Shown here piece by piece: positions 23,117 to 35,900 of a stretch of DNA of 64,000 nt (position 1 is the stretch's first letter; every line of letters starts with the position of its first letter). The notes under the pieces were generated by a model. That model was not told the DNA's origin and did no database searches. It saw only the letters and a list, made by a program, of their open reading frames with translations. A program made the translations under genes and the position numbers. Source of the DNA: Macrostomum lignano (lineage: Eukaryota). The stretch spans positions 363,709 through 427,708 of the forward strand of contig NIVC01000608.1 in assembly GCA_002269645.1 (NCBI GenBank), given 5' to 3'.

Positions 23117-23656
23117 AATAATTAAATTAATGAAAAATATTAATTTTTTTCGATGCAATGCTTAGCCATTGAACATTTGAAAAATATATGTTTTATATTA
23201 TCATCTTATTGTCTATGAAAATCCTCAATTGCATTTTTACTAATAATCTAATTTGTTCCAATCTGAACTATTTTTAAGTCTAGATATAAATCTAAATTGT
23301 CTAAATAATAATTCATCATTTTAAACTGTTTTAAGATAAACTTTTATCAATACTGTAGATTAGACATTAGCTACATTAACAATAAAAAGAATCCAACTTA
23401 ATTAGTTTTAAAAATAAAAGTTCAATGCATATATAGGTATATGTATGTGTTCAGACAGATTCCAAAAAAGTAAAAAAAAAATAAACTGGGCATCCTTTAT
23501 ATGGCAGATACCAGGTAATAAAATATGCACAGCATTAGAGTAACTATTGGAATCACTCAGCCATTTCTACTATTAATAATTTCCACAAGTTACTGAAAAC
23601 AATCGATACAATCTGCTGCAAGAATTCGTTGTATCCAAACAAAAACTTTCAGGGCC

Positions 23657-25193
23657 ATGGGCTACATCAAGATCACCAAGACCACCGCTTATTTCAAGCG
23701 GTATCAGGTCAAGTTTAAGAGGCGTCGCCAGGGTAAAACCGACTATTACGCCAGGAAGAGGCTGATCTGGCAGGATAAGAACAAGTACAACACGCCCAAG
23801 TACCGAATGGTTGTCCGATTCACTAACAAGGACATCATCTGCCAGATTGTCTATGCTAGAATCGAAGGTGATCACGTGATCTGCTCGGCCTACGCGCACG
23901 AGCTGCCCCGCTACGGCGTGAAGGTCGGCCTGAAGAACTACGCCTCGGCCTACGCCACCGGCCTGCTGCTGGCCAGGCGAATGATTAAGAAGCTCAAGCT
24001 GGACTCGATCTACGTTGGCAAAGAGAAAGCCGACGGCGAAGAGTTCATCGTTGAAAGCCCGGATGGTCAGCCTGGCGCGTTCCGCTGCTACTTGGACGTC
24101 GGCCTGGTGCGCACCACCACCGGGGCGCGCGTGTTCGGCGCGCTCAAGGGCGCCGTCGACGGTGGATTGGACATCCCGCACTCGAATAAGCGCTTCCCCG
24201 GCTATAGCGCCGCGACCAAGCAGTACAGGTGAGCAGTTTTGAGTAGATTCTATTGCATACTAGTAATTTTTCCTTTTTACCATCCACAGACCACAGTAAA
24301 GGCTGGTTCGCCGGTCAAACTTTTTCACACTGTGACTTGTGTGCAAATTAATTTGGCCGCTCGCGGAATCGAACTCAGGTCCTTCACCGGGATACCCCGG
24401 CCCCCGGTAGCCAGCCACATACAAAAAATCCTCATGTGCGCACTTTCATACACTTCGTTTTACCTCAACGCAGAAAAGCACCAACACTTACTCCACCTGC
24501 ATGTAATTGGAGCTGTTTGTACATGTGATAGGGTCTTACAAAAGCGTAATATCCTTGCATTGACTAATATAAAGGCTATATATAGGCTAGGCCAAAGCTG
24601 GGCGCATTCTTGTAGCCTATACTCGTAGAGCCGTTTACCGCCATCGAATGAAGCATCAAATCCAACGACATGATGTACAACTCATCTTTGATGTGCGACT
24701 CATCTTTGATGTGCGACTCATCTTTGATGTGCGACTCATCTTTGATGTGCGACTCATCTTTGATGTGGTGAAAACTTGGCCCCAATCTATTACTATTAGC
24801 AACAAACAATACATAAAACTAAATTTGCTCCACAGCGCCGAGGAGCACCGCAAGAAGATCCTCGGCCTGCACGTGGCCGAGTACATGCGCTCGTTGAAGT
24901 CCGACGACGAGGAGGCCTATCAGCGCCAGTTCTCCGACTATCTGAAGAAGGGCGTCGACGAGAACAGCATCGAACAGATGTACACCAAGGCTCACGCCGC
25001 TATCCGCGCCAAGCCGGAGCCGGAGGCGCCAAAAAAGAAGGCGCCAGCAGCCGATGGCGCCAAGCCGAAGCGCTACGGCCGGAAGAAGATGTCCCGGGAG
25101 CAGAAGCGCAACCGGGTGCAGCAAAAGAAGGCCACCTTCTTGGCCAAACTGCAGGGCAACCTGGCTGGCGGCGATGCGGCTGAGGACGATTGA
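23657..25193 (+). CDS. RPL5: 60S ribosomal protein L5 (uL18), 2 exons, 309 aa
   Basis: Exons 23657..24228 (AG|GTGAGC) and 24836..25193 (cacag|C). Motifs include [38 protein letters not shown] and [22 protein letters not shown] lies at 25304..25309. Confidence 0.97.
24671..24767. repeat. Intronic 18-bp tandem repeat GATGTGCGACTCATCTTT, ~5 copies
   Basis: Directly visible. It ends ~68 nt before the RPL5 exon 2 acceptor. Confidence 0.9.
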
Positions 25194-26004
25194 AGTGCAG
25201 CTATAGACTTACTGGCGAACCTAACTGGTCTATTGTCCGCATGGCCTGAGGCAATCGTGTTGAACTATAAAACCAGATTGCGAAGCTGATGATAACTCGC
25301 TTTAATAAATCGTTGGTCTGGATGAAAAAAAACTACCTGGGAATTGAAGGATCCTTGACTTCACTGACTTCGTTTTTTCAGGCCAGTCGTCTCTATGACG
25401 ATTGCTAACAGAAGTTTTCTACATCCGTATGGGGTCGCCATCGTAAACCCAAAATATAATAAACCCCAAATATTAAAAACTCGAAAGATAATAACTCCTG
25501 AAAAACACAATAGCGTTAGGTGTCACTAGTTATGATAATTCAGGTTTTTGATATTTCAGGTTTGTGATATTTTGGATATCTGACATTTCGGGTTTTTGAT
25601 ATTAGATATTATCTATTATTATCTATTATTGATATTATCTTATTTCGGGTTTATGATATTTCAGGTTTGTAATATTTTGGGTATCTGATAATTCGGGTTT
25701 GATTTGTGATTTTTTTCAGGTCGACCCGAAAGCCACTGATCAATGTTGGATAAAGTCGGGTGTGTTGCTAATTCTCTAGCTGTAATAATTGTGCTCCCGT
25801 TGCAAACATCCTGCTAGCAAACATTGGGGCACCACAAAACCGACCGAGTATTTGAAAGTCAGCATGCCAGGGCGCACGGACGTCAGCAGCAGTATACGAC
25901 TCGGTACGTGTTTACTACAATTCCGAATCGAATTCACTACATGTAGTTGATCAGGTCAATCATATTACATAGAAAAAACGTCTTTTTGTATACCGGTACA
26001 AATA

Positions 26005-26195
26005 CAAAAGGAGGTTGTAGTCCAGACTCGCGACTAAAAGGTCGGGGGTTCGATTCTCGAACCAGTCGAAACAATTTGGGTCCAGTGAGCAAAACACTCA
26101 ACTCTGCATTGGTGATCCCCCAATCATTGGACTGAACAGCCGTACGCAGCCTTCAGATGCGTTGCGTTGAGCTGTCGGTTGCACATCAATTATTA
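26005..26195 (+). mobile_element. tRNA-derived SINE-like fragment
   Basis: Pol III B-box-like GGTTCGATTC at ~26049, followed by GGTCCAGTGAGCAAAACACTCAACTC (resembles the GTCCTTGAGCAAGACACTTAAC block of SINE central domains) and an AT-rich tail. It cannot be folded as a full tRNA. Confidence 0.45.
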
Positions 26196-26744
26196 ATTAT
26201 GTATCTTAAAAATACAAAACGATTTTAAAATACCCATTCTTTGTCAATTTAATTTTTTGCCTTCACTAGTTAATTTTGAGAAGACTGCATTGAGTCTGGT
26301 AATGGCAACCGTGTGGCACATTTATTAGATGTGTTGTGTTGCAAAACAATAGTTTATTGCATTTACCACAGTAAAGAGAGATTAAGCAGACCATCACAGT
26401 CTCAAGCCTTGCAGCTATCACCACTCTATAAAATCAATGTTAATATACCTACTACTAAAATAATTCATGCATAACAAACGATCGGTGAGTAATAAAAGCA
26501 GCAACAACAGAGGGCAAATAACAGAAAAGCAACTCAGAATGTAGAATTATTATGTGGATGGCGTGATGTTTAGGATTTTTGTTTTACTACTGCAAGTAAT
26601 ATTTTTGGTCGAGTCATGTAAAAACAGTAAGACGGCAACATCTGCTATAAAATAAGCAGGTGTGGATCGAACGAGCAGGTAATCTCTGTAGACTATAAGA
26701 AGCTATGGCCCTTCGAGGGACCAGGGAATCAGAGGATCAGGAAG

Positions 26745-27590
26745 GGCGCGGCGCCGTTAAAGAGGATCAGGAAGTGGGTGGCGCGGAACCGTTCAAGAGG
26801 ATCAGGAAGGGGGCGGCGCCATCAAAGAGGATCAGGAAGGGCGAGGCGCCATCAAAGAGGATCAGGAAGGGGAAGGCGCCATCAAAGAGGATCAGGAAGG
26901 GGGCGGCACCATCAAAGAGGATCAGGAAGGGGGCGGCGCCATCAAAGAGGATCAGGAAGGGCGAGGCGCCATCAAAGAGGATCAGGAAGGGGAAGGCGCC
27001 ATCAAAGAGGATCAGGAAGGGGAAGGCGCCATCAAAGAGGATCAGGAAGGGCGAGGCTCCATCAAAGAGGATCAGGAAGGGGGCGGCGCCATCAAAGAGG
27101 ATCAGGAAGGGGAAGGCGCCATCAAAGAGGATCAGGAAGGGGAAGGCGCCATCAAAGAGGATCAGGAAGGGCGAGGCTCCATCAAAGAGGATCAGGAAGT
27201 GGGTGGCGCGGAACCGTTCAAGAGGATCAGGAAGGGGGCGGCGCCATCAAAGAGGATCAGGAAGGGCGAGGCGCCATCAAAGAGGATCAGGAAGGGGAAG
27301 GCGCCATCAAAGAGGATCAGGAAGGGGAAGGCGCCATCAAAGAGGATCAGGAAGGGCGAGGCTCCATCAAAGAGGATCAGGAAGGGGGCGGCGCCATCAA
27401 AGAGGATCAGGAAGGGGGCGGCGCCATCAAAGAGGATCAGGAAGGGGGCGGCACCATCAAAGAGGATCAGGAAGGGGGCGGCACCATCAAAGAGGATCAG
27501 GAAGGGGGCGGCGCCATCAAAGAGGATCAGGAAGGGGGCGGCGCCATCAAAGAGGATCGGGAAGAGAGCGGCGCCATCAAAGAGGATGAG
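26745..27590. repeat. 30-bp minisatellite GGCGCCATCAAAGAGGATCAGGAAGGG(GC/GA/CG)x, ~28 copies
   Basis: Directly visible, just 3' of the ENTPD5 stop. Unit length 3n creates the spurious ORFs 26705..28022. Confidence 0.96.
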
Positions 27591-27702
27591 TGGAACGTGG
27601 GGGGTGGGGGGCTCTCGTCACATCTGGATCCGGCACTGTATACAAGTGATATACAACAGACTAAAATTGCAGAGATTTTCAGTAGTCAAAAATCGGACAA
27701 AA

Positions 27703-30700
27703 TCAGTTTGTGGTGGCTGGCCCGCTGCTATTGTTGGCATGGTTATAAAACACGTCGAATACGGCGCCAAGCGCCCAGCTTAGTTCCACATTGCGAATCT
27801 TTTTACGCATCACAAACTTCGAACTGGGCGCAAAGCCGTAGCCTTCGGTTAATAGAGCGGCCTGGTAGCACAGGTCCAGGCAGTGGAACGGCTGCTTGCT
27901 GTCGCTGTTGCGTCGATTGCAAGCGGCCTTTGCAGCGTTGGCGATGTCGGCCAGGGTCACCTCGCCGCCCTCCTTGGCGCCGATCAAGCCCGCATCGGCT
28001 GCCCGATCGTAGAAATAGCTGAAGGCGTAGAAACGGCCGGTGGCCAGCCCGGTCAGTTGATGGACGCCAGCCGAGCGAACAACGCCAATGGCGAGACGGC
28101 GACAGGCGGCGTAGGGATCGGGAGAGGCGCTGCCTGCGGTTTTTGAAGGAGAAAAAGGATTGGACAACATGATCATCCTTCAGTTCCCGCACCTCAATGA
28201 TCCTTCAGTTCACGCACCCTCATGATCCTTCAGTTTTCGCACCTCAATGATCCTTCAGTTCCCGCGCCCCAATGACAATGATCCTCCTTCAGTTCCCGCA
28301 CCCCAATGATCCTTCAGTTCCCGCACCCCAATGATCCTTCAGTTCCCGCACCCCAATGATCCTTCAGTTCCCGCACCCCAATGATGCTTCATTTCCCGCA
28401 CCCCAATGATGCATCAGTTCCCGCACCCCAATGATCCTTCAGTTCCCGCACCCCAATGATGCATCAGTTCCCGCACCCCAATGATCCTTCAGTTCCCGCA
28501 CCCAATGATCCCTTAGTTCCCGCACCCCAATGATCCCTTAGTTCCCGCACCCCAATGATCCCTTAGTTCCCGCACCCCAATGATGCATCAGTTCCCGCAC
28601 CCCAATGATCCTTCAGTTCCCGCACCCCAATGATGCATCAGTTCCCGCACCCCAATGATCCTTCAGTTCCCGCACCCCAATGATCCTTCAGTTCCCGCAC
28701 CCTAATGATCCTTCAGTTCCCGCACCCCAATGATCCTTCAGTTCCCGCACCCCAATGATCCTTCAGTTCCCGCACCCTAATGATCCTTCAGTTCCCGCAC
28801 CCCAATGTTGCATCAGTTCCCGCACCCCAATGATGCATCAGTTCCCGCACCCCAATGATCCTTCAGTTCCCGCACCCCAATGATCCTTCAGTTCCCGCAC
28901 CCCAATGATCCTTCAGTTCCCGCACCCCAATGATCCTTCAGTTCCCGCACCCCAATGATCCCTTAGTTCCCGCACCCCAATGATCCCTTAGTTCCCGCAC
29001 CCCAATGATCCTTCAGTTCCCGCACCCCAATGATCCCTTAGTTCCCGCACCCAATGATCCCTTAGTTCCCGCACCCCAATGATCCCTTAGTTCCCGCACC
29101 CCAATGATCCTTCAGTTCCCGCACCCCAATGATCCTTCAGTTCCCGCACCCCAATGATCCTTCAGTTCCCGCACCCCAATGATCCCTTAGTTCCCGCACC
29201 CCAATGATCCTTCAGTTCCCGCACCCCAATGATCCTTCAGTTCCCGCACCCCAATGATCCTTCAGTTCCCGCACCCCAATGATCCTTCAGTTCTCGCACC
29301 CCAATGATCATTCAACCGTAATTAGCTTCATCAATCAGCAAGTCCTTTCCCAAGCGGGCCACCTCACCAGTAACATTATAGAGAATGCCTCCGTGCTCCC
29401 ACTGGCCAGTGTAGTTGCTAGGCAGACACGCCGTCACAAACTGTTTAGAGCCCCCGGCTCCGCTAGAGGGCAATTTTCCCTGGCTGCTCAGCTGCAGAAT
29501 GGCCAGACGGGCGGACATGAGGCCCAGGCCCAGGTAGCTGTGAGAGTACAGTCTGGCATCCGCACCTCCAAGACTCAGCCGCTTCACAAACCCGGCCGGC
29601 ACCGCGGAAGCGACGTTAGCCGAGGGCAGAGCAAATGTCACCTGGTTTGGAATTGATTGATTTATCATTCATTAAAATGAGAACATCACGCTAAATCACA
29701 CGTGTAAAAGGCGGCTACACTCTCAGATCGTGAAAATTTCGCAGACTACCCTGAGCAGGCGCACAAGCGCGCGGATACGTACGCAGTCATACGCACAGGC
29801 ACACACTCGCACAGGAGTGTACAGCGGCCCTTATATAACTTTAGGCATGTACACTTCACCAAAACTACCACTAAACCTTTTTACTTTCTATTTTGAAAAA
29901 TCTGCACTCAATATTGACATCTTTGCATTCAATTTTGACAGTCTGTGGTATCCTGGACCTGGGATCAGCGAACACCCGCCGGGGCGATTGACCAGGGCGA
30001 ACTCTCACCGGATTAGTCAGGACGCGTAGGCCCGGCTAGGGTTGGGATCTGAGCTATAATTGTCACTATTGGATGCAATCTGTCAAAAATGGAGGCACAT
30101 ATGCAAGTTTTGTTCCATAGACGGCGAGACAAAGGCACTGTTTTGTAACCCAGTGTCAAAATTGCTTGCAAATTGTTAAAAAAGGTTGGAGTTTGTCAAT
30201 TTCAGTTGAAATTCGTCACTATTGCATTCGGGTTTGTCAAAACAGGTTGAACCAAAGAGTATTGAGGTCGCCTAGTATAGAGTGCCAATAAGGATGAAAA
30301 TCTGAGGCCGATTTTCAGAATCCACCCACCCCTCCGGTCACCAAGCTTTTTAGTCTATGGCACAAGTTGTGGCTAGAATGGTGTACAAAGCCGATGCTCA
30401 GAAATATAAGACATTTCACACTTAGAAAATGCATGTATCAAATAAGCAAGACAACATCGCTCAGTCACCACAATCAGCTGCCGTCGTCGATACACAACTT
30501 GTGCCATAGACTAAACAGCTTGGTGACCGGAGGGGGTGGGTGGATTCTGAAAATCGGCCTCAGATTTTCATCCTTATTGGCACTCTATACTAGGCGACCT
30601 CAATACTCTTTGGGTTGAACATTTCAACAAGCGATGCCACAGACTGTCAAAATTGAATACAAAGATGTCAATATTGAGTGCAGATTTTTCAAAATTAGAA

Positions 30701-32337
30701 AGTAAAAAGGTGTAGGCTACGCCCCCCCCCTATTTTCGAGATAGAAAGTGCAATTGAACAATTATGGGTTTCCTCTTTTGATCGATTTTGATTTTGTGTG
30801 AGTGCACACAGACACGATAAAAAGTACATTTAGTCCCTACAAACCTGTGTACTGCCGCCACCCAAGTCCAATGCACCGTAGGAATCCTCAGGCTTCGCCA
30901 ATTGGCCGTTGAGAAAGTTCAGCGTCACCCAACTGAAAATGCCTTCGTCAAGGCCGTCCATGATGGCGACCGAGTCTCTGTCCATCGCGAATGGCGACTT
31001 GGCTAGCAGCTGGCGAACCTGTGTTGGAGTAGAGGCGGGCAGACGGATAGAGGAGGCTGCAGGGATGGTGGGGGGCCTCAGACTGAAGAATCGGGGGCTG
31101 GTGGGGGGGGAGGCCTCAGACTGAAGAATCGGGGGCTGGTGGGGGGGGAGGCCTCAGACTGAAGGATCGGGGGCTGGTGGGGGGGGAGGCCTCAGACTGA
31201 AGGATCGGGGCTGGTGGGGGGGGGGGGAGGCCTCAGACTGAAGAATCGGGGGCTGGTGGGGGGGGAGGCCTCAGACTGAAGGATCGGGGGCTGGTGGGGG
31301 GGGGAGGCCTCAGACTGAAGGATCGGGGGCTGGTGGGGGGGGAGGCCTCAGACTGAAGAATCGGGGGCTGGTGGGGGGGGGGGAGGCCTCAGACTGAAGA
31401 ATCGGGGGCTGGTGGGGGGGGAGGCCTCAGACTGAAGAATCGGGGGCTGGTGGGGGGGGCCCAGACTGAAGGATCAGGGGCTGGTGGGGGGGGCTCAGGC
31501 TTAAGAAGGCCTCAGACTGAAGGATCGGGGGCTGGTGGGGGGGAGGCCTCAGACTGAAGGATCGGGGGCTGGTGGGGGGGGAGGCCTCAGACTGAAGAAT
31601 CGGGGGCTGGTGGGGGGGGGAGGCCTCAGACTGAAGAATCGGGGGCTGGTGGGGGGGGAGGCCTCAGACTGAAGAATCGGGGGCTGGTGGGGGGGCCCAG
31701 ACTGAAGGATCAGGGGCTGGTGGGGGGGGGGGGCTCAGGCTTAAGAAGGCTTCAGACTGAAGAATTGGTAGGGGTCAAAGAACCTGACCTCAGACAGAAT
31801 GCGGGCGGAAGTCTCAGGCTTGAGCAGTCTCAATCCAGCTGTAGCCTTCAGCGCCAGCGGAGTGCTAGTCCAGTAGTGTGCCGGTATGCGCCTCTTGCAG
31901 GCGTCAATTAAATCGGCCAGGCTGGCTGCGGCCCGGCGCGGATCGCGGGCGAAGGCGGACAGGCCTGGCCGGACCTGCTGGAACAGCTCGTTGATCAGCA
32001 CGTAGGGCTGCTTGCGGCCGCGTTGGTAGCGAAATTCGAACACGTGCACCCGCGACCCAGTGCTGCCAGCGTCCAAGATGATGCCGTAGCGCGGCTCGCC
32101 CGGATACTGTTCATTAAGCGGATGCGTTAGGCCGCCATTTGTTAAGTTATATAGGCATAGCAACAGCATGACAACCGTTGCCAAGGCGCCGGCGTAGCAT
32201 AGTAAACGCCTACTGCGTATTGATTGAAGCCTAGGCGTTAGACTAAAAGTGTACATAGCCTGTCGCATTGTGCCGAAGGAAAACAATGTCAATTCGCTGC
32301 TGTCTGTCGACTCATGATCGGTACGGTTGCCAGGCAT
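27703..32337 (-). CDS. ENTPD5: NTPDase (GDA1/CD39 family), ENTPD5/6-like, 4 exons, ~475 aa
   Basis: Exons 32337..31789, 31018..30845, 29641..29368 and 28133..27703 have consistent phases. Apyrase conserved regions: ILDAGSTGSRVH, ALKATAGLRLL, DEGIFSWVTLN, ALDLGGGSTQ, HSYLGLGL, ELSWALG. N-terminal hydrophobic segment present. The start ATG is uncertain (alternative MRQAM), and ENTPD5 vs ENTPD6 is not resolved. Confidence 0.9.
28170..29310. repeat. Intronic 25-bp minisatellite AATGATCCTTCAGTTCCCGCACCCC, ~45 copies
   Basis: Fills ENTPD5 intron 3 (28134..29367) and ends ~36 nt from the acceptor. Confidence 0.97.
29876..30710. mobile_element. Foldback/MITE-like palindromic element in ENTPD5 intron 2
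   Basis: Outer inverted arms 29876..29948 / 30636..30710 and inner inverted arms ~30252..30370 / 30494..30612 are near-perfectly complementary. TSD unclear. Confidence 0.75.
31065..31765. repeat. Intronic G-rich minisatellite, ~38-42-bp unit GAGGCCTCAGACTGAAG(A/G)ATCGGGGGCTGGTG(n)
   Basis: Fills ENTPD5 intron 1 (31019..31788), ~17 copies. Confidence 0.95.
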
Positions 32338-32932
32338 GAATAATGGGGATCTTCCTTATATAACGCTACGAGTTTGTCCCTTATAGGTCAGGGCTCCCCC
32401 TATTACATTTATTTGCCCGCCGTGCAAGCTTTCTGTGCCAACACTATACTTTCTACTTATCAGTAGACTAACTCAGAAACTAATTAGCTTGAACGGTAGT
32501 TATCAGTTGCTGTTTAACTAATATATTATGCTAATTAGCTAAAGGGAGCAGTTGCTTTTTATCTCATATATTTATTAGGAAGCAGTTGTTTAATCAATAA
32601 AAGCTAGGGAAGAATTGTATGATTTTCCGAAATCGCAGTCTTTAGTTAACAAACAACATTTTATTGCACATTACATGTTTTACAAGCAAAACTGCATTAC
32701 TGAATAGCTTTCAATCTTGTTTAATACAACATGAATTGCCGAAATGCATGCGGAAAACTAGCAGTTTTTGGAACTGTGACAACTAACTAATTAATTAAGC
32801 AAGCAATCAATGAAGATGGTTTGTACGACGGTTAAAAACTATGCATTTTTTTAATTTGCCTACTAGCAGTAGCAATAGCAGAAAAAATCGCGTAAAATGT
32901 TTGAGATTTTTTAAACAGCTCTTTTTAATCAG

Positions 32933-35900
32933 CTAATCGTCTGATTCCAAAGCCGAGTTGATTGCCGAACGCCAGGCCTCGGACAGTCGGCCGGCCAAAA
33001 GGCCGCCAGCGCAGGCGGCCAACTGGCGGCACTCGGCGTCCGGCTCGTTGTCGATTGAGTTGAAAAAATTGCCAGCCTCACTGCTACTGGCAACGGTCAA
33101 CAACTCCTGGGTGAGGGCGGCCGGAGTGGCCAAGCCTAGGCAGGCGTAGCAGAACAGGGCGCCTCGGCGAACCGGCGCTTCCGGGTGGCGAACTACTACT
33201 GGAAGTAGTTCGGCTAGAGCGGACAGCATTCGGGCCTGTAAGTTATTGGTGTTTGGTAAATCTATTGATTTAAATGTGCAGTGCAGCAATGCACTGGATG
33301 GGCGAGAGGCTGGCAAAGCGGCAACGCGCCCCACTCCCGAATCGAAGTCCCCGGGTTCGAATCCATCGAGCAGACCCACTTATTTAAGTGTTAAGATAAG
33401 GAATTTCGACTTTCTAAACATTATCAAACAATAGCCAGTTTACGAAGAAAGAATGTGTACGAATAGAAGTCAGTAAAAAGAAATGAATCGAAAGCCGATA
33501 TGTATCGTTAATAACTTTACACAATATTATAAGTGTGCGCATAGATCTGTAAAGGTTGTAACTTAGTGTCAATAAAATATGCTGGATCATAATATTCCAG
33601 GTTTTCTGGAGAAAACCTACGCGCTTATTATGGGTAAAAGGCTGTTTTCTAATAAGCTAGTGCCTCGGCATCCAAATTAGCTATTTCTGTGTACGCTTTG
33701 TTTCCTTTTTAATCCGCATGCATGACATTAAATCCTATTTTAAACACAATTTTATTATACCTGTCCTGGCGAGTTCTCGGCGCAAAAGTACACTACGCCG
33801 AGTGTGTACAGCAGCCTGCACAGTACCGGATAATCCGGCCCAATCAGATCCAGATGTCTGGCCTGCGTGTCGAATCCGCGCGCCAGGCCGAAGAAAAACT
33901 CGCCGGCGTGTTGGCTGAAGGCGTTGACTGAGGAATCCTGCTGATGGACTGGACGGCCCCAGCGACGCGTCACCCGGCCGACGGTGGGCATCGGCGGTGA
34001 TGCCACAGCGGTCACAGGCGGACTCTTCGCCCGGCTTAGAGACAAGGCGGCAGTCTGCAGGGCTAGCAGGGCGTCCAGCCGCTGACTGGTGCAGTACTCG
34101 GGCAGGAACACCTGGCTAGCCAGGTAGGGAGCCACTGAGCCGGGATCCGAGCAGACTAGCTCAGTCAGGGCGGCCATTCGCTTTTCGGCAAAGCCTTCAA
34201 CAATAGCATCGTCGCTGTCGGAGTTCAGGTTGAGCAGGGCGCTAGCCAGGTCGAGACTGAGCTCGCGAACTGCGCCCGGATGTTCGGCGATGAGCTGGCG
34301 AGCTGCGATGAGGCTGGCCCGAAGCTGGTCCCTCTCCTCCGGCGCTGTTGCTCTCAGGCCGTCCAACAGTTGACGAATGTAGCGCGGCCGATTAGCGTCA
34401 GGCGCTGGCCCGTCCGTTGCTAGGGACGCTTGAATTGGTCGAAGCTTTTCGTCGCTGTCATCGTCAGATTCGTCGTCATCAGAGTCCAATGGTTCAATGG
34501 GCGCCAATGACGCTTGCTTTTTGTCGCTTGAGTCCCCTAGCAACGGATTCTTAGAATCTTCTAGCCTTCCTGGCAACGGATTCTTAGAACCATCTGGCGT
34601 CCCTGGCAACGGATTCTTTGTACCATCTGGCGTCCCTGGCAACGGATTCTTAGTACCACCTGGCGTCCCTGACAACAGATTCTTAGAATCATCTGGCGTC
34701 CCTAGCAACGCTTTATCAACCGGCTTGTCGATGTCATCAACAAAGTCCAGATCGCCGTAGGCAAGCCGTTTAATCAGATTCGAGTCCGGACAGGCCGGCT
34801 GGTCAAATTTAAGCCGACGCTCGTCATCGGAGCCGCCGCCGACGCTGCCAAGTCGCAACAAATCTGTGACCACTTCGCCAGTAGCCATGCCGATCCAGCG
34901 AAAATTGTCGGCATTGTGCTCAAAGTGAGCAGCGATGCCCGGCACCAGTATGGCTACTAGTTGATCGCGCGCCGATTTCACTTCACTGGAGTTGGTGTCG
35001 TCGGCAGACAGCAGCCTGGCGCCGACAACTAGGAACCAGGTGATGTGCCGGTGCTGCTCGATACCGTTGGAGCGGACCACTACAGGCTGAGACCAGATGC
35101 GGCCGGCCTCTAGAAGTGCCCGGCAGAATAGAGACCAGTCGGCCCAGTGCAGGTACCTTAATTTAATGTTTACAAGATTGTCTCAATAGACGGTTATAAT
35201 AAAATGGTACTAGGGGTTAGGGCTGGGCAGGAAGCTCTCAGAACGGGGATAGGGTGGAGTGGGAGGGGCTCGCAGAACGGGTATAGGGTGGAGTGGGAGA
35301 GGCTCACAGAATTTGAGGAGGCTCACAGGGTGGGTATAGGGTGGAGTGGGAGAGGCTCACAGAATCTGAGGAGGCTCACAGGGTGGGTATAGGGTGGAGT
35401 GGGAGAGGCTCACAGGGTGGGTATAGGGTGGAGTGGGAGAGGCTCAGAATTTGAGGAGGCTCACAAGGTCAGTATAGGGTGGAGTGGGAGGGGCTCAGAA
35501 TTTGAGGAGGCTCACAAGGTCAGTATAGGGTGGAGTGGGAGGGGCTCACAGGGTGGGTATAGGGTGGAGTGGGAGGGGCTCACAGGGTGGGTATAGGGTG
35601 GAGTGGGAGAGGCTCACAGAATCTGAGGAAGCTCACAGGAGAACACAGGTACACAATAGCTATGATGCATTATATTTAAGGTCAGCTTAAAAAATCCATA
35701 ATCTAAATCTCAGCCCTAAGCTTACCTGGCAATATTCCTGGCCGGCAAACTGCGATTGAATCGCCTCACAAACAGCAACTTGTCGGTTAGCAACAAACGA
35801 GCCGTTGCGGCGGCTTCCTTAGCAACCAGATTTCGACCGAAATAATGGCACAGACTATTAAAATTGGTGCAACTAGCGATAGGCCAAGTTAGCAGATTCT

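Noticed and set aside
26705-28022. Arg/Gly/Lys-rich ORFs of 194-414 aa that look protamine- or histone-tail-like
   Set aside because: They come from a 30-bp (3n) array, are open in several frames, and run antisense into the ENTPD5 last exon. There is no independent coding evidence.
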